DNA of 32,064 bases from a virus. Lineage: Duplodnaviria; Caudoviricetes. The notes under the pieces are model-generated. The model worked only from the letters and a program-made list of their open reading frames with translations. It was not told where the DNA came from and searched no databases. Each line of letters begins with the position of its first letter. Position 1 is the stretch's first letter. The stretch spans positions 1 to 32,064 of the IMG/VR virus record IMGVR_UViG_3300009075_000013. One strand, written 5' to 3'. Below are positions 18,221 to 26,720 of this stretch, piece after piece. Position numbers and translations under genes: made by a program.

Positions 18221-20044
18221 ATGTTAAGTGAACAAATTATTCGATTAGCGCAAAGCAAGGAAAGAAAACTTCTTGCAGCCGAAAAAGATCTTCTTGAAGG
18301 ATTGACGGCGACTGAATTGAAGATATTTGACGCCGTAAAAAAGCAAATTTCAAAGATGAATCAGACCGGCGGAAAGATTGACTTTGATTCGAAGAACGTT
18401 GATCTTGTGAACGAACTTGATCAAATTGTCGTCAGATCAATTCAAAAATCAGATTATCCGGGAAGCGTCAACAAGTACCTTCAAGACTTTGATTCAATAA
18501 CTGATTTCAACGAAAGGATTCACGAAGAAGCGAACGGAATTGATCCGAAAGAATTCGCGAAAGCCGTTGATCCTTTCAAAAAGCAATTCGTTGAAGATAC
18601 GCTTCAAGGCTTGACCGGTTCAGGCGTTTCGACAAATTTTGTCGAACCTTTGCGACAAGAACTTTTTAAGAATATAGTCGCCGGAACAAGTTCTTTTGAA
18701 GTTGAACAAGCGCTTCGGACTTTCATTCAAGGAAACGGCGAAACGGCCGGAAACTTGAAACGCTACGTCACGCAAGTTTCGCGCGACGCTTTGAATCAAT
18801 ACGACGGAACAATAAATTCAAGGATCGCCGAAGAATTCGGCCTTGACGCCTTTCAATACGTCGGTTCTTTGATCGACGATTCGCGCAAACAGTGTATTCG
18901 TTGGACCGGAAAAGAAGTTCTTTTGAAGAAGGATCTTCCGGCTGAAATTGCGTGGGCCAACAACAACGGAACCGGAATGATTCCAGGAACGAACGCGGAC
19001 AATTTCGCCGTATTTCGCGGCGGTTACAATTGTCGCCATTCAGCGATCCCGTTCAAGTTGACAAGACGCGAAGCGGCCCGTCTTGAAGAACAAGAAACCG
19101 TTCAAGAAATAGAAGTTCAAACGGTTCAGCAAGGCGTCAAAGAAGTCAAGCAAGAATTGAAAGAAAACAAACCGAAAGCACAAAAGAAAGGAAACAAAGT
19201 CAAGTTGAATGAAAATCAATTCCTTTCATTAAGGGACGAAAAATTCAACAAACAATTTGAAGAAGTCTTTTCAGATTCGGACGGCGCGAACGAAGTCGCG
19301 AACGAATTCGGAACAATTGTCACTTTAAGAAATACAACGGAAGGTTCTTCAAGGGGCTTAAGATCTTTTATCGCGGCTTCAAAGCGGCCGGAATTGACTT
19401 CTTCTGATATTGGCGAATTTTCGCAAGGCGTTGAAGGTTTTTGCGCAAAATCAAACAGATTTCTTTCTTGTTTACTTCGTGCAAAAGATAACATTGAATT
19501 CAAGAAGGTTGAAGGATTCGGTTCAAGTATTTTTGAATTTACTGATCAAGACGTTGACAATTATTTAAAAGATTTCGGCGAATCGGCGCGTCTTCAGCGA
19601 AAAGGCGACGCGGTTTATAAAGTTCGTGAAAGCGGAACGGGCGCGGTCGTTCTTTCTAAGCGCGGCGGAAAGTGGAAATTTTTCGCAATAACCGAAGCCG
19701 GATCAGCAACAAGAAGAATCGAAGACGGCGTAAATATATCGCCAACAATTACGCACGAATCAGGACATTTGATTCAAAACAAATACGACAAAGTTCAAAG
19801 TTCCTGGTCGTCAGTTCGTCCAATTCAGGCCGAATTAATGAAAAAGAAAGGGTTGAAGTTGAACGACGCGCCGACTTGGTACGGTTCAACAAATGATTCT
19901 GAATTTTTTACAGAAACTTATACTTCATACATTTACAACAATGAAGACTTGAAAAAAAATCGGCCTGATTTGTTTGAATTCATTGAAGAACTTCTTTTTG
20001 ACGTTTACAAGATTGACAAGAAATCAATAATTTTAGCAAAATGA
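18221..20044 (+). CDS. MuF-like head morphogenesis protein with C-terminal zincin metallopeptidase domain
   Basis: YVGSLIDDSRKQC..GGYNCRH minor-head motifs; C-terminal THESGH (HExxH) and SEFFTE. Confidence 0.8.
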   Translation: MLSEQIIRLAQSKERKLLAAEKDLLEGLTATELKIFDAVKKQISKMNQTGGKIDFDSKNVDLVNELDQIVVRSIQKSDYPGSVNKYLQDFDSITDFNERIHEEANGIDPKEFAKAVDPFKKQFVEDTLQGLTGSGVSTNFVEPLRQELFKNIVAGTSSFEVEQALRTFIQGNGETAGNLKRYVTQVSRDALNQYDGTINSRIAEEFGLDAFQYVGSLIDDSRKQCIRWTGKEVLLKKDLPAEIAWANNNGTGMIPGTNADNFAVFRGGYNCRHSAIPFKLTRREAARLEEQETVQEIEVQTVQQGVKEVKQELKENKPKAQKKGNKVKLNENQFLSLRDEKFNKQFEEVFSDSDGANEVANEFGTIVTLRNTTEGSSRGLRSFIAASKRPELTSSDIGEFSQGVEGFCAKSNRFLSCLLRAKDNIEFKKVEGFGSSIFEFTDQDVDNYLKDFGESARLQRKGDAVYKVRESGTGAVVLSKRGGKWKFFAITEAGSATRRIEDGVNISPTITHESGHLIQNKYDKVQSSWSSVRPIQAELMKKKGLKLNDAPTWYGSTNDSEFFTETYTSYIYNNEDLKKNRPDLFEFIEELLFDVYKIDKKSIILAK

Positions 20045-20229
20045 TAGATTATATCGAACTAAGACAAGAATTGTCCGAACTTACTGAAGAAGCCTTGATT
20101 GATCAAAACATTGAAGCGATCAAGAAGATCAAACAAATCGTTGACAATCCAGGAATCGACGCGCCGAACAATTTCGGCGAATTCTTTTATTCAATGTTAC
20201 CGGATCAAGTCTTGATTTCGATTCGATAA
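20041..20229 (+). CDS. Small acidic protein, candidate immunity protein (62 aa)
   Basis: Translationally coupled to the MuF-peptidase gene; function inferred. Confidence 0.6.
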   Translation: MIDYIELRQELSELTEEALIDQNIEAIKKIKQIVDNPGIDAPNNFGEFFYSMLPDQVLISIR

Positions 20230-20239
20230 TTCTTTTTTT

Positions 20240-20247
20240 TATATTTG
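20240..20247 (+). promoter_or_regulatory. TAnnTTTG promoter box for the scaffold/capsid operon
   Basis: TATATTTG, intergenic. Confidence 0.6.
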
Positions 20248-20281
20248 TGAATAATTATCAACAATTAAAAACGAAAAAAAG

Positions 20282-20623
20282 ATGCTAAAAGTCACGGTAA
20301 AAAATTTGAAAACCGGAAAGGTTTCAGAAATCACAGAAAGCGCCTGGAATCTGATCAAAGGTTCGCAACAAAGAAAGAATTTCGATTTGTTAAGTTCGCC
20401 GAAGAAGGTTCAAGGAAAGGCGGCTGAAGAAGTTGTTCAGAATGTTTCTGACGTCCCGGAAGTTGATTCAAACGACGACGGAAAAAGAAGCGCTGAAGAA
20501 ATGATCAAGGCGATCAAACAAGCCGAAAGCCTTGAAGTTCTGAACGTATTAATCGACGGCGAATCAAGATCGACGGTCCTGAAGGCCGCGCAAAAAAGAA
20601 AATCTGAATTAAACGAACAATAA
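20282..20623 (+). CDS. Hypothetical head-module protein with C-terminal helical domain (113 aa)
   Basis: C-terminus aligns with the C-terminus of the recombinase. Confidence 0.75.
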   Translation: MLKVTVKNLKTGKVSEITESAWNLIKGSQQRKNFDLLSSPKKVQGKAAEEVVQNVSDVPEVDSNDDGKRSAEEMIKAIKQAESLEVLNVLIDGESRSTVLKAAQKRKSELNEQ

Positions 20624-20633
20624 AATCAAAGTA

Positions 20634-21464
20634 ATGACTGAAAATTTCGAAAAATTCCTGAAAAAAATCGGCGTCGGCGCTGAAGTAATAACAAAACTAA
20701 CTGAAGGAAACGCCGAAGACGACAACTTCAATCTTGAAGACCTGGCGGCTGATTTTGTAAAAGGTCAAAAGACGGTTTTGTCAAACGATCCTGAATTGAT
20801 CAAAAACATTCGTGACGAAATTCGCGGAACCGAACTTTCGAAGATCGAACACAAGATCAAGAAAACCTTCAATCTTTCGGCTGAAGAAATGAAAGATAAG
20901 AAGTTCGACGATATTATTGAATTCGCTTTTGATAAAACAAAGTCGGCTTCAAGCGGAACAAGTGACGAACTTCAATCGCAAATTGTGGACCTTAATAACA
21001 AGGTGAAACAATACGAAGAAGAAATTCTTCCGGCGGCAAAGAATGAAGCGCAAACGAAAATCAACAAGTTTCGTCAAGATTTGGCGCTTCGTGACGTTCT
21101 TTCAAAGCGTCAATTGATCGTCAATTCAGAAGTCGCGATTCCGGTTGTCGAATCCTATATTTCGCAAAATTTCAACGTTTCTTTGAACGACAAAGGAATT
21201 CTTGAAGTCAAGACAAAAGACAACTTGAATCCTTTGAATTCTGACGGAACGAAAGTCTTGTCGTTTGACGAAATTGTTGATTCGCATTTAAACGCGCTTC
21301 AATTGATTAAACAATCGAACGGAAACAACGGAAACGGAACGCCGCCGATCACTATTCAGAACGGAAACGGAAACGACAAGAAGCCGACTTTCGCGCTTCG
21401 TGGAATGGACGCGGCCGAAGCGAATGTTCAAAATCTTGCAAAAGTTAAAGAATTTGGAAAATAA
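20634..21464 (+). CDS. Capsid scaffolding protein (276 aa)
   Basis: Charged helical protein with G/N-rich tail, directly upstream of the capsid gene. Confidence 0.75.
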   Translation: MTENFEKFLKKIGVGAEVITKLTEGNAEDDNFNLEDLAADFVKGQKTVLSNDPELIKNIRDEIRGTELSKIEHKIKKTFNLSAEEMKDKKFDDIIEFAFDKTKSASSGTSDELQSQIVDLNNKVKQYEEEILPAAKNEAQTKINKFRQDLALRDVLSKRQLIVNSEVAIPVVESYISQNFNVSLNDKGILEVKTKDNLNPLNSDGTKVLSFDEIVDSHLNALQLIKQSNGNNGNGTPPITIQNGNGNDKKPTFALRGMDAAEANVQNLAKVKEFGK

Positions 21465-21484
21465 TTCTTTTCTTTGCTTTTTAT

Positions 21485-21546
21485 AACCGGGCGCGGCGGC
21501 GCCTTAAAGTCGCGAAAAAAAATCGGGGTTCGGCGTCCCAAACGTC
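21485..21546 (+). ncRNA. Predicted tandem H-type pseudoknots in the capsid 5' UTR
   Basis: GGGC-gcg-GCGGC-GCCT-taaa-GTCGC and GGGG-ttc-GGCG-TCCC-aaa-CGTC; paired by hand. Confidence 0.55.
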
Positions 21547-21586
21547 ACAATCAAATATTTTATTCATTAGCTAAAAATTAGAAAAA

Positions 21587-22612
21587 ATGGCTTTTACACA
21601 AGGATTGTGTCAAAAATTACAAACGACACTAAACAGAACCGCCGGCGAAAATGCACCGGCTTTGAAACGGGATCGCGTAGGCTATCTTGAAGCGTTAATT
21701 TCACCGGAAAACAAGGCCGGCGTTGAACTTATTCCGGTTGAAACAAACGGAAAGAAAAGACTTGTTCAAGTTGATTACTACCAAAGAGGAACGGAAGACG
21801 ACGTTGATTTGACCGGCGATACTTCTTGTACTTCAGACGTTGAAAAAGAACCGCTTGAAACAATCGTTGACGTTGATCAAACAATTTCGACAAAAGGATT
21901 GATCTTCAACGAAAGCGAAATGCGCAAACTTTGCGAATCTGACGATATTTGGGTTTCAAATATCTTAATGGGACAAATGAACGCGATCAATGTAGCTTTG
22001 AACAAGCAACTTTTAGCGCTTCAAGCGACTAACTTCGGAAACTTCGCGGACGGAACGGCTCAAAAAACGGTTAAATTGTTTGAAGATACAACGAACGCTT
22101 CGCGCGGAATCGCTACGGCGATAATTCGTCACGAATACGAAAAGGCTTCAGCAAGTGGCGCGCCTATTATGATCGGCGGCGGAACATTGGATTTGTTCGC
22201 GAAAACGAATCAGATCGCTTGTTGTAACGATTTAGGCGCTGATTTATCGCGTTGGACTGATTACAGATATTACAACGATCGCTTCGTTGAAGGCGTTATC
22301 GGAACAGATGAATTCATCGTTTTAGCGCCGGGCGCGGTTCAATTGGTTACTTGGAATCAATACGTCGGATCTTACGCAAAGAAAAACGACGTTTTTGAAC
22401 ACGGAACGATTGTTGATCCTTTCACCGGTTTGACTTACGATTTAAAAGTTCACTATGACGACTGTCAAGATCAATGGACGATTAAATTCTTCCTTCATTG
22501 GACTTTGTTCTTCATTCCGGCGAACGCTTTCGCGGCGACTGACGATCTTGAAGGCGTGAATTACACTTTCAATTGGAAAGATTGTTCAACAATTGTAAGT
22601 TGTGGCGCTTAA
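21587..22612 (+). CDS. Major capsid protein (341 aa)
   Basis: Size, position after the scaffold, followed by a terminator; 8 Cys. Confidence 0.8.
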   Translation: MAFTQGLCQKLQTTLNRTAGENAPALKRDRVGYLEALISPENKAGVELIPVETNGKKRLVQVDYYQRGTEDDVDLTGDTSCTSDVEKEPLETIVDVDQTISTKGLIFNESEMRKLCESDDIWVSNILMGQMNAINVALNKQLLALQATNFGNFADGTAQKTVKLFEDTTNASRGIATAIIRHEYEKASASGAPIMIGGGTLDLFAKTNQIACCNDLGADLSRWTDYRYYNDRFVEGVIGTDEFIVLAPGAVQLVTWNQYVGSYAKKNDVFEHGTIVDPFTGLTYDLKVHYDDCQDQWTIKFFLHWTLFFIPANAFAATDDLEGVNYTFNWKDCSTIVSCGA

Positions 22613-22619
22613 TTAATTT

Positions 22620-22648
22620 GAAACCGGTTTCGGCCGGTTTCTTTTTTT
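22620..22648 (+). terminator. Intrinsic terminator after the capsid gene
   Basis: GAAACCGGT-TTCG-GCCGGTTTC followed by T7. Confidence 0.9.
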
Positions 22649-22670
22649 CACCTTTTAATATTTAGAAAAA

Positions 22671-23381
22671 ATGAAAACAATTTTCAACCTTTTATTTCTT
22701 TTCGTCGTTGCGCTTGTTCTTTCAAGCGTTTCTTTCGGAATTGACGCGGCGCCGGCTTTCTTCGGAATCTTGTTGATCGCTTCTTATCTTCAACCTTCAG
22801 TTCAATCAGGCGTTCTTCAAATGGCGCTTTGTCCTTCGGTTTGCGCGCCTGAACTTCCCGTGAATTATTCCGGCGGTTGTGGAATCGTTGCGCGTCCTGG
22901 TGGAATTAAGAAATTCGCTTTCTTGAAATGCGACTTTCAGTTTACCGACATAACAGATACGCAAGAATGGATTGACGGAATCGCTAACGGCGATATTGTC
23001 GGAAGCGGCCTTGTTTTGGCTCAAAAGCCGAAAGGATCTTTCACAAAGAAAAGAATCGCTTCTTGTGAACCTGAAGCCGTTGTCGGCGGTGAAAAGACGG
23101 TGACTTTCCAGGATTTCAATTCTGACACGGTTACACCTGGCGGCGCCGGAACGCTTTTGTTCGACTTTTACAACGCTATTCAAGGACAAGTTCAAAACTA
23201 TCGTTTTGCTTTCTATACTTGCGACGGTTTTGTTTACGGTCCGATTGACGATTTTCAAATCGAAGTTGACGACGTTATTGAAGACAATAACACCGGAAAC
23301 GCGTTTATTGACGGGACGATAACCTGGAACAATATCTTAATGATTTCACCCGTTAAAGTTAACCTTGACGGAATCCTTTAA
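22671..23381 (+). CDS. Probable major tail tube protein with hydrophobic N-terminal leader
   Basis: Acidic beta-rich ~186-aa body starting MALCPSVC (ATG 22821); own terminator; 50-aa hydrophobic N-extension. Confidence 0.65.
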   Translation: MKTIFNLLFLFVVALVLSSVSFGIDAAPAFFGILLIASYLQPSVQSGVLQMALCPSVCAPELPVNYSGGCGIVARPGGIKKFAFLKCDFQFTDITDTQEWIDGIANGDIVGSGLVLAQKPKGSFTKKRIASCEPEAVVGGEKTVTFQDFNSDTVTPGGAGTLLFDFYNAIQGQVQNYRFAFYTCDGFVYGPIDDFQIEVDDVIEDNNTGNAFIDGTITWNNILMISPVKVNLDGIL

Positions 23382-23398
23382 GATATAAACTTAAATTG

Positions 23399-23432
23399 AA
23401 AAGCCGCTTGTTTATTCAAGCGGCTTTTTTTT
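23399..23432 (+). terminator. Intrinsic terminator
   Basis: AAAAGCCGCTTG-tttatt-CAAGCGGCTTTT plus T run. Confidence 0.9.
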
Positions 23433-23468
23433 GTATTTTTGATTTTGTAAACTTTAAAATCAAACAAA

Positions 23469-23732
23469 ATGGCAAGAACGATATTTATTCCGAATCCTAA
23501 TTGGTCCGCAAACGTTAGAAATCAAACGGAACCGCAATTTATAAGACAATTAGTCGCCGACGTTGCAAAAATAGACAAGACCGACGAATCAAGCGAATCA
23601 AGCGCAAAGAAGTTAGTTTCAAACGGAACAACGAAGGAAAAATATAAGGAAGTCGAAAACTTCAGATATAATCTTCCGAAACTTAATTCGGCCGGAATTG
23701 GTTTGAATATCAACAAAAACAAAGCCAAATGA
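23469..23732 (+). CDS. Hypothetical protein (87 aa)
   Basis: A-rich leader; TATTTTTG box at 23434. Confidence 0.75.
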   Translation: MARTIFIPNPNWSANVRNQTEPQFIRQLVADVAKIDKTDESSESSAKKLVSNGTTKEKYKEVENFRYNLPKLNSAGIGLNINKNKAK

Positions 23733-24256
23733 TAGGAAAAGAACTTCTGAAAAGCGCGCCGGTTCAAATCGTTCGCGCGATTGATATTTTGAATCATTCA
23801 ATCGGATCTTCGCTTGATATTCAAATTCTAATTTGTGGACCTGAAGAAAGACTTCTGAAGGCGTTACACAAGCAAGGCGGAAACTTTAAAGCGGTTCTTG
23901 AAGCAAGGCTTGAAGCCGGGTTGAAGAAGATTTCTTTGAAAGCGAACGTCAAGATCGTTCTTGATTCCTGGCTTCGTCCTTTAGAAGAAAAAAAAGGCGT
24001 GACTTTTGTCTTTTTGAACAATCAAAATCGAATGAAGGCGACAAAGACGATCGACAACGCGATTCAATATGTTCAAGATCTTTTTCCTGAAATCGCTTTT
24101 GACAAGAATTCCGATTCAGAAAAGAACGACTTTTTTCTTTGCTACTTAAAAGAAGAAGCCGAAGATCCTTCAGAAAAAATTCTTGAACTTCAAGAAGAAA
24201 AACCGGAAACAAAAAAGCGTTCGACTTCAAAAAGAAAGAAAAATGAAGCTATCTAA
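23729..24256 (+). CDS. Hypothetical protein (175 aa)
   Basis: ATGA-coupled ORF, alpha/beta pattern, charged tail. Confidence 0.75.
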   Translation: MIGKELLKSAPVQIVRAIDILNHSIGSSLDIQILICGPEERLLKALHKQGGNFKAVLEARLEAGLKKISLKANVKIVLDSWLRPLEEKKGVTFVFLNNQNRMKATKTIDNAIQYVQDLFPEIAFDKNSDSEKNDFFLCYLKEEAEDPSEKILELQEEKPETKKRSTSKRKKNEAI

Positions 24257-24680
24257 ACACTTGACAAAGCAAGAATTTGAGTTTTCGCCGACGGCGATCA
24301 AGTTCGGAATTGAAAACGAAATGAATGAAGCGCAAACAAAAGCGGCCGTTCTTCTTGCTGAAAAAGTATTCGAACCGATTCGCGCCTTTCGTGGAAAGCC
24401 GATCAAGGTCAATTCAGGCTTCAGGTCGGCGGCTTTGAATAAAAGAATCGGCGGCGCTTCAAGTTCGCAGCATAGCAAAGGCGAAGCGCTTGATCTTCCT
24501 TTGACGAAAGAAGAATTTCTTTTCATTAAAGACAATCTTGAATTCGATCAATTGATTTACGAATTCGGAAACGACAACGCGCCGGCCTGGATTCACGTTT
24601 CTTTTTCAGCGAAGAAAAACAGAAAGCAAGTCTTGAAGGCCGTAAAAGTTGGCGGCGTCACAAAATATCTAAACTATTGA
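24243..24680 (+). CDS. Endolysin, peptidase M15A family (145 aa)
   Basis: MKLSKHL..VNSGFRS..NKRIGG..SQHSKGEALD..WIHVS zinc-ligand motifs; ATG 24243. Confidence 0.92.
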   Translation: MKLSKHLTKQEFEFSPTAIKFGIENEMNEAQTKAAVLLAEKVFEPIRAFRGKPIKVNSGFRSAALNKRIGGASSSQHSKGEALDLPLTKEEFLFIKDNLEFDQLIYEFGNDNAPAWIHVSFSAKKNRKQVLKAVKVGGVTKYLNY

Positions 24681-24684
24681 AAGA

Positions 24685-25620
24685 ATGAATTGTCTTGAAA
24701 ATATTGTCGGCCTGAAATGCCTTGAAGAATCTTCGGTTTCGGGCCTTTTTATTGAAGATCTTAACGGAATAAACCTGAAGACGGCCGCAAATATAGTCGA
24801 TTCAAGGTTCGTTTCGGGCCTGGATCTTCTGAAAGCGAAAAAAGAATTCGCAACAAAAGCCGTTCAACAAGATCTTTCCGGCGCGATCCTTCCTTTCTTT
24901 CGCGTGAATTCTATAATTGACGAAATCGAAGTCGGAAACTTCAAGACGAACTTTCTTTCTTCCGTAGCTTTGACAAGAGGAATCAAGATCAAGGCGCGAA
25001 AAAGTCGTCTTTTAAGGCTTCGAATCAAGACAATTGAAATCCGGATTGAAGAAGTTAATTTTGATCATTCAGTCGAAATAATTGACGGAAACACTTCAAC
25101 AAGTTTTCCTTTCACAACCGACGCGAACGGCTTCGCAAAGATTAACGTTGAATATTTATCAGAAACCGACGAAGTTTTTCTTGTAATGGATAACGCGACA
25201 ATCAAGCCGCTTGACGCTTCTTTGAAAACCGGTTGTTCTTGTTATTCAAAATCAACGGAATTCCTAAACGCGTGGGGGTGGAATGGATCAACAACTTCAA
25301 CTTCAACTTTCGGCCTGAAGGCTGAAGTCCTGGCTGAATGTAACAATGAAAAGTTGTATTGTCTTTTAGGCGGAAAAATGGGCTTCGCGATTCTATACAA
25401 AACCGGAATTGAAATTGTCAAGGAGTGGATCGCTTCAGATCGCTTGAATCCGGTTACAATTATCGACGACGGAACGGAAGAATTCCTTCTTGAAGAATTC
25501 AAATCTGAATATAAAAAAGCGTTGAAGATCCTTGTTGAACAAATTCCTTTGTTTCTTTCAAGAATTGACGAAGTTTGCGTTGTTTGCAATCAATCAGTTT
25601 ATGTTCAAGGAACACCGTAA
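24685..25620 (+). CDS. Virion structural protein, probable head-tail adaptor (311 aa)
   Basis: Helical ends around a beta-rich middle; 8 Cys; late region. Confidence 0.5.
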   Translation: MNCLENIVGLKCLEESSVSGLFIEDLNGINLKTAANIVDSRFVSGLDLLKAKKEFATKAVQQDLSGAILPFFRVNSIIDEIEVGNFKTNFLSSVALTRGIKIKARKSRLLRLRIKTIEIRIEEVNFDHSVEIIDGNTSTSFPFTTDANGFAKINVEYLSETDEVFLVMDNATIKPLDASLKTGCSCYSKSTEFLNAWGWNGSTTSTSTFGLKAEVLAECNNEKLYCLLGGKMGFAILYKTGIEIVKEWIASDRLNPVTIIDDGTEEFLLEEFKSEYKKALKILVEQIPLFLSRIDEVCVVCNQSVYVQGTP

Positions 25621-25632
25621 AAATTAGAAAAA

Positions 25633-25749
25633 ATGGCTTGTAATTGTGGAAAATCAAAACCGCGACCGGCGGTTCGCGTTCAAAGTAATTTGAAACCGAC
25701 GACAAAAAGCGGTTCAACTTATTCGGCGCCGAAAATAGTAAAAAAATGA
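25633..25749 (+). CDS. Small basic CxC peptide (38 aa, MACNCGKSKPRPAVRV...)
   Basis: Leader identical to the capsid leader over 22 bp; ATGA-coupled to the next gene; not in ORF track. Confidence 0.75.
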   Translation: MACNCGKSKPRPAVRVQSNLKPTTKSGSTYSAPKIVKK

Positions 25750-26021
25750 ATTATTTTGATTTTATAGGCGTCGGAGTTATTGGAATTCTTGGATTCTTTT
25801 TGAAGGATCTTCATTCGACGTTCAAGGAATTCAAAAAAAATTCTGAAATTCAATCAATCCTTTATTCAAAAGAAATAGGAAAACTTGAAGGACGGATTGA
25901 AATGGTCCAGGCACAAGCAACAAACGACGCGGCCCGGATTGAACAACTTTCAACCTTGAAACTTGATCAGATTTCAAAGGAATTAACGGAATTAACAAAA
26001 TACGTTCACCAAAAACTTTAA
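25746..26021 (+). CDS. Membrane-anchored coiled-coil protein, holin/lysis-associated (91 aa)
   Basis: N-terminal TM FIGVGVIGILGFFL followed by coiled coil. Confidence 0.55.
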   Translation: MNYFDFIGVGVIGILGFFLKDLHSTFKEFKKNSEIQSILYSKEIGKLEGRIEMVQAQATNDAARIEQLSTLKLDQISKELTELTKYVHQKL

Positions 26022-26025
26022 TAAA

Positions 26026-26253
26026 ATGAATATAATCAAGCGAATTTTAGCAAAGACGCCAAAGGCTGACAAGACAAAAGGAAAGATCGCGACAACAATC
26101 GGCGTCGTTTGTGCTTCAGTCCTTGCGACGGGGTTGATATTGAATCCGGTCGGAATTATCGCCTTGACGGTCGGATCAGTTTTGTTCGGCGGAAAGGCCG
26201 CTTATCACGCGGTTCAGGTTGAAGACAAGAAGGAAGAAGAAAATCCTGAATAA
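26026..26253 (+). CDS. Holin-like protein (75 aa)
   Basis: Basic N-terminus KRILAKTPK, two TM segments, acidic C-terminus. Confidence 0.6.
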   Translation: MNIIKRILAKTPKADKTKGKIATTIGVVCASVLATGLILNPVGIIALTVGSVLFGGKAAYHAVQVEDKKEEENPE

Positions 26254-26264
26254 GATCTGAAGTT

Positions 26265-26720
26265 GTGGCAAATGATTTGAACGATATAAGACGAAGAATC
26301 GCTTCAGTCGCGGACCGAATAAAACAACGCGAACCGGATCTTCTTTTGTTGGCCGGAAAAAGGCTTGAAGGCTTAATGAAAAAAAGGATCTTCAACAATG
26401 GAAAGGCGACTGACGAAAGTTTGATCGGAAAATATAAGTCGAAATCCTGGATCAAGAAAAGATCGCTTTCAGGGCGTCAAGTGAACAAGGTTGATCTTCA
26501 GGACGAAGGAAACTTGATCAGAAATTTCAGGACGGTTCGTGACGGTCAAGAAGTCGTTCTTGCTATCGTCACCGACGAAGACGCGGCGAAAGCCTTCGGA
26601 AACGAAAAAAGAAGGAAGAAAAAGATTTTTTTGCCTACATTTGAAGAAGAAAAACAAGTCGAAGAATATTTCGAAGACTTGCTTTCTGACGAAGTTGAAC
26701 AAGCCTTTCTGAATTTATGA
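26265..26720 (+). CDS. Neck/tail-completion protein (P2 gpS/Mu gpG-like, 151 aa)
   Basis: Basic; VDLQDEGNL..KIFLPTFEEE pattern of virion morphogenesis proteins. Confidence 0.6.
   Translation: MANDLNDIRRRIASVADRIKQREPDLLLLAGKRLEGLMKKRIFNNGKATDESLIGKYKSKSWIKKRSLSGRQVNKVDLQDEGNLIRNFRTVRDGQEVVLAIVTDEDAAKAFGNEKRRKKKIFLPTFEEEKQVEEYFEDLLSDEVEQAFLNL

Noticed and set aside
21465-21586. tRNA, or a scaffold-capsid readthrough/frameshift signal
   Set aside because: No cloverleaf; the structure begins about 25 nt after the scaffold stop, and the capsid gene has its own leader.
23729-24256. Degenerate SAM-methyltransferase fold
   Set aside because: Only a vague alpha/beta pattern; no GxGxG or DPPY-type motif.
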